Below, one piece after another: positions 25,837 through 39,445 of a stretch of DNA of 64,000 nucleotides. The first letter of the stretch is position 1; every line of letters begins with the position of its first letter. The notes under the pieces are model-generated. The model was not told the DNA's origin and ran no database searches. It worked only from the letters and a program-made list of their open reading frames with translations. This DNA is from Balanoglossus misakiensis (lineage: Eukaryota; Animalia; Hemichordata), in contig CM082596.2 of NCBI GenBank assembly GCA_040954595.2, positions 6,956,791 to 7,020,790 on the forward strand, given 5' to 3'. Made by a program: the position numbers and the translations under genes.

Positions 25837-28407
25837 ATGTCGTCAGTTCCAGAGGACCCAAATCTGAAAGGTGGCCACGCACCTGCAGGTGAGAAAATGA
25901 GGTTTATGTGTCGGTCGGTCGGTGAACCAGGTCAGAACAAAAAAAGCAGCTGGCTGCGTCGTGCATGACGTCGACAGCGTGGCGTAGATTCGTGACTATA
26001 TTACACGCGTGCAGTGAGTGCTACTGCATTTGAGAGTGTGGTATAGATGGACTTTTGTATCGTGTAAGACACGACCTCGTCTGGTGCAGTAATTAGAAAA
26101 ATGCCCAACTGCAGCGAGCACTTGAAGATTTCGCATATGCAACCATATTGGACGAAGGGGGGGGGGGGGGCAACAACATCTGGACGTTTCCTGCAACCAT
26201 GACCACGCCTACATGTACAACCACAGTAGGATGGAGAATAAAGTACAATTAATTTTACATAGTTGTCAAATTTCTGCATTTTCTGGACAAAATGCGAAGT
26301 GCAGCTAAATTAATGTTGAGTAGTATTTTGAATATTTTGTTCTCGTTTCCTAAATCTCTAGGTGAGATGTTTGTTTCAAATCATAAATGGGACAATGACG
26401 CAGTTTTCACTCTGTCCACAAGATAACGGGACCATGTCAATTGGCATGGTCCAGATAACGAATGAATGGCGGCCACGTACGATTTAGCATTTTTTTTCTG
26501 TTCGAAGGTTACTCAAGGTCGTGACCTTATAGGGTCAGCCATGACCATCCTTTGTGATGCAAAATAGTTGCACAAGTAAATGAACTAACATATGGCCATG
26601 TTCATTGGCATTAATTTTAAAAAGTGGGTTCTTCAGAGTGCATGGGCATCTATTCAACAATGGCAGCATGTTTAATAGGTAAAAATTAACCTTTGAACCT
26701 CAGGTTACAACACATTGTTCTTTAACTGTAGGGCCTGGCTCAATGTCACACAAGAACAAAGAAAGGCACTGACCAGTCAACTGACCTCAGAAACAGCATT
26801 GTAAAACTTTAAACTTATATTTAAGCAGTTTTTGGTGTGAATAACACAATTTACCCACATCTTGTTAATTCCTAACATCTCGAGACAGAGAGAAAGATGG
26901 CGTCTACATGTATGATTTGTAGAGTTCAGTTTACGACATACACATGCTATAGCCATTATGAAACCAAGCTTAAATTTAGCTTTTCCCTTTACAGCTTTTT
27001 GGGCTGTGGGCGGGACTAGATAGTATCCATTTTCTGAAATCCATCCTGAATATTCCTCAGCCCTGTAATTTATGAAGCAATAAGTACCCTGGGCCTGTTT
27101 ATCTAATTCATTTTTAAATTGAATCTCAATCTTCCTTGCATTGCATGCACTTAATCAGATACGTCGTACAGAAATTCCGAATTCAGACCTCTCTAATGAA
27201 GTTTTAATACTGGTGTTTTTGTGAGAGACGTGAATATTGGGACCTTAAAATCAGTGGTCAATAAACTGGCAAAATACTGTTAAGTTATTGACATGATCTA
27301 AAAATAGTCAAGGACATTTTAATGTTATTATGTAATCTTCTTTCAATTGCCAATAGAGATCTAGGTACGTGTTAATGTACATTTAACTTGTAGTCTGGTT
27401 CATATGCTAATACCTTGATTTTTACTGATTAAGAAAAATCAGGGCTTTTAATGAATGAAATAAAAAATATCATGGAATCTCTGCACCCCTCGATAACTTA
27501 TATAAGGTAAAGATAAGAATGATTGTTTTTTTTCGTTTGTGTTGGTGTTAATCAAGACTAGCGGCATCAACCTTTTAAACATATCTTGGTGAAAAAAACT
27601 ATGGTGGGGGGAAAAAACCTTGTAATTGCCCTGGAATTTCCACCTAGGATTCCTCTCTGACCAAAAGTTGGAGCTCTCATTTGTATACATAATATGCGGA
27701 ATTAGCCAATACTGGGCCAACCCATCACCTATCACGTTACTTTATTTGATTTCTCTCTTCCTTTGATTCACAGTGAAAGCCGGTGGCATGAGAATAACGC
27801 AGAGTAAACATGCGCACCCCGAGAAACCAGAAAAACTCACCAAAGAAGAGATTGAGGAATATGGCGAACCTTCAAGGTATTAGTGCTGATTTTGCAGTGA
27901 GATTGATATGCTGAGTGAATGCTGGTGTTATAATAACTTTATGAAAAAAAGTCACTCCTGAATTACCACTCTGTTTATTTTTTTTGACAGCTGCATTTAA
28001 AAGACTAGGAAACTATTGCAGTGCACATCCTAGAAATACTATTTTAAACACTGTTTGTGAGTTGCATATACAAGACCCGTTGCTCAATTACACTGCTATT
28101 CCAGTCACCAGATTCGCAATGGGTGTGTACCGTTCATGTTTGGCTTTAGACAGGTCTTCATTGTATTTTCCCAACCAGGCAATATCAGAACGCATATCGC
28201 AGAGAGATAACATGTGCATCTCTTTTTACCTCCTCCTCTTGCAGTCCCCCGAAAACCTCCGTCGTCGTGTCAGGAGCGGTGACTAAAGGAGACCGGGACT
28301 TCACGCCGGATGCGGTCAAAGTGTCGCACGAGAAGCCCGTTCCCAAACACGACATCAAGAATCCACCCGTCAAACCCACTATGCACATTCAGCAACCGCG
28401 CAAGTAG
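25837..28407 (+). CDS. DAP: Death-associated protein 1 (DAP1), copy 2, intact, 105 aa
   Basis: Exons 25837-25888, 27774-27876 and 28245-28407. Differs from copy 1 by S89I (HDSKN to HDIKN) plus synonymous changes. Confidence 0.93.
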
Positions 28408-28594
28408 GATGCGGCCGTAGAAAACCATTGGTCGACAATTTCAACACCAGCTGACGCAGAGTGAAAAAAAATGGAAATTTCATGTTTTTGAGGAAAGTGG
28501 TTGTGTCTTATGATTTTTTGAGCTGCAAATAAGAATGGCAGCTATATGTACTTTTGGCTCTTAACTATTCTTCAGTAATGACTGCAGCTCATCT

Positions 28595-28628
28595 TTCTCT
28601 CTCTCTCATTCTCTCTCTCTCTTTCCCC

Positions 28629-28702
<74 letters not shown>

Positions 28703-28807
28703 CGCTCTCTCTCTCTCATTCTCTCTCCCTCTCATTCTCTCTATCTATCTCTCTCTCTCGCTCTCCCTCTCTCTCTCATTCTCTCTCCCTCTCTCTCTCA
28801 TTCTCTG

Positions 28808-28838
<31 letters not shown>
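28595..28838. repeat. Compound (CT)n/(CTAT)n/(CA)n microsatellite
   Basis: Expanded version of 11220-11351 with an added (CTAT)n tract. Confidence 0.9.
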
Positions 28839-31059
28839 GTTTGCAATCTGGCATTGTAACTCACCGATTTCAGGGAAAAAAAACTGCCAGTAATGCCGTA
28901 AACAATTCATTTTTGCTGCAAACAGTCCCACCTTGGTAAAGCCTGTCTTCACAAGCTTGAAGAGCGACCCCTCTAGGCTGTTAAACTGATCACATTTTTT
29001 CTTGGAGAAAAACAACCACTACCACTTTCCTAACAACATGAAACGTTTCTTTTTTTTCTTCTCAGCAACGAAATATTCCACTTTTAATAACACGCTGTAA
29101 AATTTTAAAATATGTCGTGAGTTTGTAAAAACCGTCTGAAATATGGTGCGTGTCTGTGTTGGAATTCAGTGAAGCCAGATATACAGAAATTTGAGATGGC
29201 AGTCACCTGAAAGGGGACCTTGATATAACCACAGATGGCTCATGTTCACCTTCATTATCTTAGAATTATCGAAAAAAAATACAAATACCACAAAATCAAA
29301 CAAAAGAATCATGCTGAAGTATTGTTTTCCCACGGGTCTTCCCGGAATAAACTTCGTTGAATTATTTTCACATTTCTGAAATCAAGTCGATTTTCCTCAT
29401 TGCCTTCAAGTTTAGTTGTGATTGTTCTACTTTATGGCATCACAAAGGTGATTTCTGCATTACATGGTAAACTGATTTTCCTGTGGGCCTGAAAGTCATT
29501 AAAATTGGGAGAAAAATCATGGCTAAAATTAGCTAGGGGGGGGGGGGGTTAAATTTATCATATGTACAGGCAGATACACTCATGATTGTATGTTTTCTAA
29601 TTTCTACAATACACTGAGTGTCAGAAGTATATAAGCATTCCAATCAAAGACAATTTTCAGTTCTTCTGTGTTGCTTACATCCAATTCGATGTCATCTTCC
29701 AGATTGTTTACTTTTTCAGTTTAAAATGTTGGTAGATATGCACACATGCACATACACCCATGTACACACACAGTCCCACACAAACTCTCTCTTCTTTCAA
29801 TCACAAACCAGCAAGGCAAACTTCAAACGAATCACAGTTGTGGCAATCAAATTGTGACCACTCAAAAATCAAAACAATATATTATAAACATTTAATGTTT
29901 AAACTTACACAGATTTACAATTAATATATCACAGAACCAGACAGTTTCGGAACTCCAATATTTATAACTACTTATAGATCTATTTCTATTGCTAGGTAAA
30001 ATCGAGGGGGCAATATAAATTTATAGTTTAAAACTAATATATTTTGAAGTAGCTTTTCCTGGCATGTCATTGCAGTTACTCGCCATTTCAAATGGTTCAG
30101 GCTCATTACGTTGTGTTTCCAATTTTTGAACAGGGCTCATCTCTGTCTCAGTATGTTCTCTTGCATATAAATGCCAAAAACAAAACTCAACTCAGTGTAT
30201 AGGTCTGTATTACCCAGGTTTTCTTCAGTTAAGGGTTTCTCTTGTTACTTCATGTGGTGTGATACTTTCGGACACCTTTTCGGATCAAGTGGTGCTGTTT
30301 GCGTCTTGTGGGCAGGACTGATTGATCATCAGGGTTGGTGGTCACGCATGCTTACACCACAGCCTGTAGTTCCATGTACACAGCAGCACACATGCAGTCT
30401 GCAATTGTTGAAATTCAAAATTCAACCAAACGTTTTCATACTAAAATTAAAGACTTTGGTATCTGCCCTTTCTTGAGTTGTATTGTTCATTTTTTCCTTT
30501 TAGAAATGTGATTTACTTTCATGTTATTTCCGTAAATTTCTGTCGTCCTGATTGGAGACAACTTTTCTTTCAAGAGTTGCACTTAACCCTGAGTAAATCA
30601 ATGAAGGAACGAACTCAAGGCACCAAGTGGAATATATGTTGGTCTTTAAGACAATAAAGATATTGGTGACGTTGAACACCATGAAGTGTGTCTAAGTATT
30701 GATTATTCATTCTTGAATTTGTGTGTGTGTGTGCATGTATGCAGGAATGTATGAGTGTTGGCGATATACCACTAGTCTATTTGCATTTGTAAAACCCGTC
30801 TAAACTGAACCTTGCTTAACGTGGAGACCTACTTGAGGTCATTCTAGTCATCAAATCGATCGTCCGCCACTGGGGGCGCTACGTTTTACTAGTTTTAGCT
30901 CTCATGCCCGCACCCCCGGGGCTCAACCCTTGCATGAAGTGAAATACATGGATCTATTTTGTGTAGTCCTAATAACCACTAAATTTCTCATATTTTCCCG
31001 GCCACAGTAAAATGTATGTGTTTCATTGTAGCAGTTGCCTTCATTAACTGTTTTTATTT

Positions 31060-31157
31060 TAGTCTGGTTCCCTGCCCCAATCCCACCGCTGGCTGCGCTA
31101 CGCTAAAGGGAAAGCGTAGCGCAGCCAGTGGTGGGATTGGAGCAGGGAACCAGACTA
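31060..31157. mobile_element. 98-bp palindromic MITE with 9-bp TSD, specific to copy 2
   Basis: 45-bp inverted arms (2 mismatches) and an 8-nt loop, TAGTCTGG...CCAGACTA. Flanked by TTTTTATTT at 31051-31059 and 31158-31166; copy 1 has the single empty site at 15576-15584. Confidence 0.92.
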
Positions 31158-34100
31158 TTTTTATTTCTGATTGGTTTATTCGAATGATTACAAGTCTCTG
31201 ATTGGCTGTTTCCTGCGCATGAACACAACTTGTCTGCTGGCTCCTTATTGGTATACATATTAATTTATGCAAATCGTTATCTGCAGTATTTCCTATTGGC
31301 CAGTCTGCCAAAACAAAATTTGTTTATCAAATGATTATGAATAATGAGGTGGTGGTTGCAGTCACGTTTTTCCACGAGGTCCGTCGTTTTTCATGACGTC
31401 CACGTTTAGTCTTACTTTCCCAGTCAAAAAAACTAAATTTTGCCTTCCCATTTTCCAAATTTAGATGTACTGTTGGATGAAGCTGTCACAATTTGAGGTA
31501 AGTCATGACTTTTTCCCCCTCTGTGAACAAAACCATGTCTTTAAGGCCAGCAAAGTTGTCCAGAAACGGTTTTGTAAGTATGGCTTCCCAAGCATGGTGA
31601 AATGCAGTGTTCTTTGTGGTTCGTTTTGTGCCAATGGCCGTTCACGCTTTGTTCAAATTTACTCCACTGAAAAATATCAAGTTCAAAAGTTGCCTGTTTA
31701 TGTATCTCTTAATTCATAAATGCAACTTGTGCCTCGCTTGTGCCCGTTTAATAGCGTAGAAACTTGCGTAGATTTTTGTTTGTGAACTCGAAAATAAAAT
31801 CGCTCGCGTAGGAGAAAGTGTTCAATTTTTGTCCGTTTTGTGCCAATGGCGGCACACGCTTTGTTCCACTGGAAAATAAGTTCAAAACTTGCCTGTTCAT
31901 TTATTTCTAAATTCATAAATGCAACTAATGCTTCGGAGTCTGGTTTCCGTTTGAGTACTTCACGCATATTTCTGTCTCTGAACTCGAAATTAAAATCGTG
32001 TAAGTATCGTTAAATGTTCACGACGCACGTGGGCTAGACAAATGTTTCTCCCGTCTACAAAAATTCTTAGCTGCCAATCATTTCAACGCGTTTCACATGT
32101 TCACTTTCAACCGCACGTTTATTTTCTTCACACGGGTCATTTCGAGTCGCTTTTTCACGTGATATTTGGCCCTTTTCTGTTGATATTGTTGAACGCAAAT
32201 ATGTCGTCAAAAGACACTTGATTCTCCATTGAAGCCAACAAAAACCTCGTCAGCACGCGTTAACGGTGATGTTGCTGACACTGACTCGGGTGCTAATGAG
32301 CATGCTTATAATACCAAAGATGTTGGGTCACTGATAACACTTTCTGACGCAACCATTCAAATTTATTTAAACTGCACATCCAATCGATGGAGGGCGCTGT
32401 TTAATGTTCGAATGCCCTCGGCGACCTACCTTAACACGACCTTTTGTTTTTATTATGCGGTCTCTGCACGCAACAATTTTAGTCTATACGCAAATTTTCC
32501 ACAGCTTATGTGTACAGTGTACGCAACCAGAAAAATAACTTCAAGTTGTGAGAATTTCATTTATGTCATTTTTGGTGTATTTGTCTTCATGAACCTCTTT
32601 TTTTTTTTTACAGCACTTTACAACTGACCGTGTGGTCTTCAAGTTCAATGGAGCAGTTGAAGGTACGTCACTTATTACTCTCATTTAAGATTCAGTCAGT
32701 CAGATGCATTGATGGCAGACAATCGTGTTCATGTTGACTCGTTAGATAATATTTTACTATGTTCGTTTGGGGCAGTTGTCCATATTATTCAGTGCAACGT
32801 CAAAAAAGTTGCACAGGACAAGCCCTTTCAAGCAATTGGCCATTGACTCGTCGGTTCCAAGTACGCAGATGACTTCAAGAAATCTATAATTGTCTTGCCA
32901 TAAGAGTAGCTAGTGCTGGTTAGTCCGACTCAGTTCATCCAAACACGGGATCCAAGCACAGGGAGCTCATCCTCCTTATTCGTGGTGCGTGTGTGTGTGT
33001 GTGTGTATGTTATTGATTAATAAAATAAAGAGAATGTTTGCTTGTTTGTTTGTTACCTGGTTAGGGTCAGGGTCACTTTGCCCCACAGCATCACTCCCTA
33101 TATGTACATATTTATAAATTTGTATCAGGAATTTTTAGCTCCATCTGTGGCTGTTGCGAGGTTGTCTGGATAACTATATGAAGTAACAGTCTTGGTGCAT
33201 GGTCTTATATTGGACCATCCCCAGAGGTCAGTGTACTGATCTCTGTGGCTGTTGCGAGGGTTGTCTGGATAGCCAAATGATATTGGACCAAACCCAGATG
33301 TGTAAAGTAGTTGTACTCTGCTAAACTGATAGTGTTTAAACATGTAGTAATATTCATGCAGGCTCCCTGAAGACATTAGATATTTTGTGTATGACAAATT
33401 ACCATAACATTGCTGAAATCTATACCTGTTGCAAATTTAATCAAGTCAGGAATTTCAGTTATATTTCTAAATAAATATCTAATAAAATGCAAATTCCATC
33501 AAATGAAACCTCAGATTTATACTCCTAAATAAATATCTATTAAAATGCAAGTTTCATTAAATTAAGTGGTTAGTCTAGAGTTTAACACGCATTTAAAATG
33601 CAAATTGTAGTGATTGACAATACTAGAAAATAACTCGAGCAAGTCCCATAAATTTAGAAAGTAAACAGGGTGCTCACTGTCTTTTTTTTATTGATATAAT
33701 TTTTCTCAGAGTTTACACAAATTTGGCGGCCATTTTGAATTTCAAATTTGAGACTAGTCATTTTAAAGATTGTCAGGATCACCATAAAGAGAGAGCTGCC
33801 AACTCTTAAATGTGGCAAGTTTTCTTTATTCACATAATATGAGCTAGCAAGTCCCATAAAATTAGAAATTGAATTAGAAAGAAAACAGGGTGTTCATTGA
33901 GTTCAAACAAATTTGGCGGCCATTTTGAATTTCAAATTTGAGACTAGTCATTTTAAAGATTGTCAGGATCACCATAAAGAGAGAGCTGCCAACTCTTAAA
34001 TGTGGCAAGTTTTCTTTATTCACATAATATGAGCTAGCAAGTCCCATAAAATTAGAAAGAAAACAGGGTGTTCATTGAGTTCAAACAAATTTGGCGGCCA

Positions 34101-34733
34101 TTTTGAATTTCAAATTTGAGACTAGTCATCTTAAAGATTGTCAGGATCACCACAAAGACAGATAGCAGACAACTCTTAATTATTGCTAGTTTTCTTTATT
34201 CACATAATATAAGACTGGTTTCTGACAATTCATACATGTTAATTACATGAAAAATAAAGACAAAAATCTGACTAAAAACTCTGATGACGAACAAAATTGT
34301 ATTTAAATTCCAGTTGATTTAGGAGTCGCACAGGACGGTCCAGTCTGAATTCTCAAAGTAGATTGATCACATTTCAAATCAGCCTCTTGGCAATCTTGCA
34401 CCAAACTGTGGATGAAAAAAATAGTTTAAATATACAAAATATAAATAGCCATTTGCTAAATAGTGTAGTAGTATAACTTAACATATGTTTTAACTCTACA
34501 TTAAATTGTCATTGAGTTCAGTTTAATTAATATCTTAGTGTTGAATGCTAATTTGATTAAAATACAATGTGAGCACGAGATTTAAAATTTAGAAATATTG
34601 TATGCTTGATAGATTCCAAAACTGCATTAAATCTTAATTGATGTGTACAACCTCCCTGCACCTAAGGACGAAAATAAAATAACTTAACATTAAAATTAAT
34701 ATGAGGGATAACTGAGCAATGTAATTGTGTGTG

Positions 34734-34901
34734 TCTTACTGCGGTTGAGCAAACTTCTATTTTTTTTTTTTTACAAGTGCATTACGGGCATCCTAATCTA
34801 TGCAAGATCTTTTGCATCTGAAAAGATCTTGCATAGATTATGATGCCCATAATGCACTTGTAAAAAAAAAAAAAATTTAATTTCGCTCAACCGAAGTAAG
34901 A
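34734..34901. mobile_element. Fold-back (MITE-like) element, copy 2
   Basis: Duplicate of 19004-19168. Confidence 0.65.
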
Positions 34902-35324
34902 GTTGTGCTAGAGATTTATTAGTCCTTGCTGAACACTCATGGGGAGGTTAGGGTGGGGGCTAGGGAAGGCATATAAAAAAGCAAAAAAAAAAACTAAGTC
35001 AGAAACGCTAAAAATTTGAAATTTGTCTATACCTCCACGTTGGGGCATATACAAGTTTCAAAAATTTTCTAAGTTTTCTTTGACTTAGAAAATTTTTGAA
35101 ACTTGTGTATGCCCCCTACATAACTTGCATTTTCTAACACTTGCCTTGTCTTTTCAGATCCCGGCTGGACTCCACTTCTTTCGATTGGTCATCAACCATT
35201 CAACAGATAGACCTGAAACGACAAGTGAATACGAGTTAAATTTCAATATGAAATATGAAATATGAAAATGAAATAAAATACAATAAATTTCAATCCTTGG
35301 TGTCTGCTTTTTTGTAAAAAAAAA

Positions 35325-36040
35325 AAAACACTTAGAAAATTTTTCAGGCTTTACTCTATACTTATTAAAAACACTTAGAAATTTTTCAGGCTTTACTCTA
35401 TACTTTCACATTAAGAAAAACACTTAGAAATTTTTCAGGCTTTACTCTATACTTTCACATTAAGAAAAACACTTAGAAATTTTTCAGGCTTTACTCTATG
35501 CTTTCACATTAGGAAAAAAACTTAGAAATTTTTCAGGCTTTACTCTATGCTTTCACATTAAGAAAAACACTTAGAAAATTTTTCAGGCTTTACTCTATAC
35601 TTATTAAAAACACTTAGAAATTTTTCAGGCTTTACTCTATGCTTTCACATTAAAAAACACTTAGAAAAGTTTTCAGGCTTTACTCTATACTTATTAAAAA
35701 CACTTAGAAATTTTTCAGGCTTTACTCTATACTTTCACATTAAGAAAAACACTTAGAAATTTTTCAGGCTTTACTCTATGCTTTCACATTAAGAAAAACA
35801 CTTAAACATTTTTCAGGCTTTACTCTATGCTTTCACATTAGGAAAAAAACTTAGACAATTTTTCAGGCTTTACTCTATACTTTCACATTAAGAAAAACAC
35901 TTAGAAATTTTTCAGGCTTTACTCTATGCTTTCACATTAAGAAAAAAACTTAGAAATTTTTCAGGCTTTACTCTATGCTTTCACATTAAGAAAAACACTT
36001 AGAAATTTTTCAGGCTTTACTCTATACTTTCACATTAAGG
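35325..36040. repeat. 41-48-bp AT-rich minisatellite, copy 2
   Basis: Same unit as 19583-20430 with different unit number and order. Confidence 0.92.
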
Positions 36041-36849
36041 AAAAACAGGCTGTACTCTACAATTTTGTATTAGAAAAACTTTACTCGATACTTTGAGATT
36101 AGGAAAAAACTTAGAGTGTCCAATTGAGATTGTTTTGGTCTTACCTTAAGCAGTACTCTTGGATTTTTCAAACCAGCATCTGAGAATTGAATTGATTTCA
36201 CCTTGACTTTAATGCGACTCACTGCAATGCAAAGAACAAAATCAGAGTAAGTTTAACCACAATATTAATTACACAAAAAGACTGATAACAGTCAAGAATT
36301 TGACAATTTTCATGAGCTATAACCCATGAAAAACGTCTGAAAATGACAAAATCACCAAAGTTTGCAAAGTCAAGCCGATGCCAGTTGTGTTAACGATAGT
36401 GAGATAAAGGAAGTGTGTGTGTGTGCGTGTGTCAAATTGAGATTGATTCGGTCTTACCTTAAGCAGTACTCTTGGATTCTTCAAACCATCGTCTAAGCAT
36501 TGAGAAGATTTCACCTTGACTTTAACTCACTGCAATGCAAAGAACAAAATCAGGGTAAGTTTAACAACATTAACAAATTAAACAAAAAGACTGATAACAG
36601 TCTATATGCAACTTTCACGACCATTGTATGACATTTACATCAAAGAACAAGGATTTGAATTTTTCGCTTTAAAAAGGGGTAAGAAATTAGAGATGTTATA
36701 CCAAGAAAAACATCAGGATGTAAGGTCTTTCAGGGGTCATGAAAGTGACCTATTCAGTCTATTTACAATTTTTTGTCAACTGAGTAGACAAATTTGCCAT
36801 TTTTGACAATTTTCGTGAGCTTTAACCCATAAAAAATGTCCGAAAATGA

Positions 36850-37590
36850 CAAACATGTTCAAATTTCACAAAGTCAAGAATTTGTCATTTTTTGAGCCTG
36901 TATGAGTTACAATCCATGCATATGACATGAAAATGCTAAACGTGACCAAAATTCACAAAGTCAAGAATTTGTTATTTTTTGAGCCTGTATGAGTTATAAT
37001 CCATGCATACGACATCAAAATGCCAAACATGACCAAAATTCACAAAGTCAAGAATTTGTCATTTTTTGAGCCTGTATGAGTGGGCGGGCTTTCAAAATAA
37101 CTTAGAAAATTGTTGAAACTTGTGTATGCCTCCTCTATACTTTTTAATACTAACCTTGTCTTTTCAGATCCCGGCTGGACTCCACTTCTTTCGATTGGTC
37201 ATCAACCATTCAACAGATAGACCTGAAACGACAAGTGAAATTTCAATACTTTGGTTTTGTCATGAATGCATTGGTTTTGTCATGATTTACTAGAAAATGA
37301 AATAAAATAAAATAAAATAAATTTCAATCTTTGGTGTCTACTTATTTATAAGAAAAAAACTAAGAAATTTTTCAGGCTTTACTCTATACTTTCGCATTAA
37401 GAAAAAACTTAGAATTCACAAATACCAAACATGACCAAAATTCACAAAGTCAAGAATTTGTCATTTTTTGAGCCTGTATGAGTTACAATCCATGCACATG
37501 ACTTGAAAATGCCAAACATGACCAAAATTCACAAAGTCAAGAATTTGTCATATTTTGAGCCTGTATGAGTTGTAATCCATGCACATAAAA
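36850..37590. repeat. 87-bp tandem repeat in two blocks (36850-37080, 37425-37590)
   Basis: AAGTCAAGAATTTGTCATTTTTTGAGCCTGTATGAG (one-base variants) at 36871, 36958 and 37045, and twice more after 37440. Confidence 0.85.
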
Positions 37591-37636
37591 TTAAATGAAG
37601 TACAATCATTGGTGTGTTTGCTTTTTTTTAATGAAA

Positions 37637-38090
37637 CACTCAGACATTTTTCAAAAATTTAGTCTATACTTGCATTCAAAAAAAAAACTTAGAATATTTT
37701 TCATGATTTACCCTATACTTGCGTTCTAAAAAACTTACAATATTTTTCGGGATTTACCCTATACTTGCATTAAAAAAAACTTAGAATAATTTTCACGATT
37801 TACTCTATACTAGCACTAAAAAATACTTAGAAGATTTTGCACGATTTTCCCTATACTTGCATTCAAAATAAAAACTTAGAAGATTTTGCATGATTTACTC
37901 TATACTGGCATTAAAAAAAACTTAGAATATTTTGCACGATTAACTTTATACTAGCATTAAAAAAAAATAAGAATATTTTTCGGGATTTACTCTATACTCA
38001 TATTAAAAAAACAGACAATTTTTCACGATTTACTCTATACTTGCATTCAATACAAAACTTAGAATATTTATCATGGTCTAATCTATACTT
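37637..38090. repeat. Diverged ~42-bp minisatellite related to the 41-48-bp array
   Basis: Unit approximately AAAAAACTTAGAATATTTTTCACGATTTACTCTATACTTGCATT. Confidence 0.8.
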
Positions 38091-38859
38091 GGCAGCCAAT
38101 TTCAATCTCTCAGATGGAGATCCTTTACCTTTATTCTTTATTTAAATAATCTAAAGTTGCCAAAAGCTATTTATGGGAAATACGTAAGACTTGGTTTTCG
38201 GGGCGCCTCCAACATGAACTAATTTAAAAGCAAACTCATTCAAAAAGGAATCACACGCTTTTAACAATTTCAAATCCTGGGCATATGTATTTTGAAAAGC
38301 AGAAAAAAAGATGAAGAAAAGGAAGAATGATGAAAACAACTGGAACTATTAAATAATATCCAGACATAGACAAATCAACAATGCTATGAAACTTCATTGA
38401 CTTTTTTGCAAATTGTTTGACAGGAAAAATATTAGAATTGCATGTTTTCACAACAATAATAGCTAAGTAGAACAGTGCAATGTAAACTATTTTTTCTGAC
38501 TATTTTCAAGCTCTTGTTATCGCAGAATAGTTCCAGTTGTGTTAATGACAGCAAGATAATGGCAGGGGTGTGGGAGAGAGTGTTTGTGTGTGTCAAATGG
38601 AATCGGTCTTACCTAAGCAGCACTCTTGGATTCCATCAACCATCTTCTTTCCAGTTGTGTTAATGAATTTGAGAGAGAGGAAGGAATAGGGGAGCCAGTG
38701 TGTTTGTGTGTGTCAGATTGAGATTGAATAGGTCCTACCTGAACAGCACTCCTGGATTCTGTCAACCATCTGAGCATTGAGCTGATTGCACCTTGACTTT
38801 AATTCACTGCAATTCAAAAAATAAAAATCAGGGTAAGTTTAACAATGTTAGCAATTCAC

Positions 38860-39445
38860 CAATAAGACATTATTACACCTCACACTGTATTCCGTACTCT
38901 TGATTGGCTGAGACCGTACCACGTGACATAGGGAAAAAAACGTGATATTACATGGTTGACAGAGTCTATGGCCCGTAGGTAGGGGCTTTGGGCTGGGGAT
39001 ACGCCCGCTGAGAACAGCGTTTAGGTTCTGCGCATCTTTTCTGCGCATAACAAACCGTCGTTCAATGGCTTCCTTCACGATCAGTCAACTCCCGCATATA
39101 TGGCTTCAAAGCGACACACAGGCTTAACACCTGTTCAACTGGACGATATTTTACCGCAAACGGACAGTAAATACACCAAAATCGCAACCAACAGTGCTGT
39201 TTCCTCAATTACAATCTGAGTTCGAGGTAGGTATATACAGCGAGACATTTTAGTTCACCGCAAGGTACGAGATGGACGCAACCCTGAAAATGTTCTTCTA
39301 TGCTGTATGTATGTTCAAATGTTCGGTGTAATAAAATTAATAACCATAATATTGAGATCGTCAATATTACGGTCAGAGATCACCATCCCTCGAGCAGGCT
39401 AAAGATCTTGATAGTGCCCTCGCTAACATGTGTTATTTAACTACA
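38860..39445 (+). mobile_element. Non-autonomous Crypton-like (tyrosine-recombinase DNA transposon) relic
   Basis: 39100-39219 encodes MASKRHTGLTPVQLDDILPQTDSKYTKIATNSAVS and 39269-39307 encodes EMDATLKMFFYAV. Both resemble the N-terminal region of animal Crypton/DUF3504-type proteins. Upstream GATTGGCTGAG/CACGTGAC. Recognised from memory, not by search; boundaries approximate. Confidence 0.55.

Larger units (their letters stand above)
20933..36546 (+). repeat. Tandem segmental duplication, copy 2 (~15.6 kb)
   Basis: Colinear with 3695-20933; 1-bp (A) overlap at the junction; shorter mainly because it lacks the ~2-kb minisatellite block. Confidence 0.95.

Noticed and set aside
37164-37166. 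In-frame TGA in module Y as possible selenocysteine
   Set aside because: No SECIS identified and no selenoprotein similarity.
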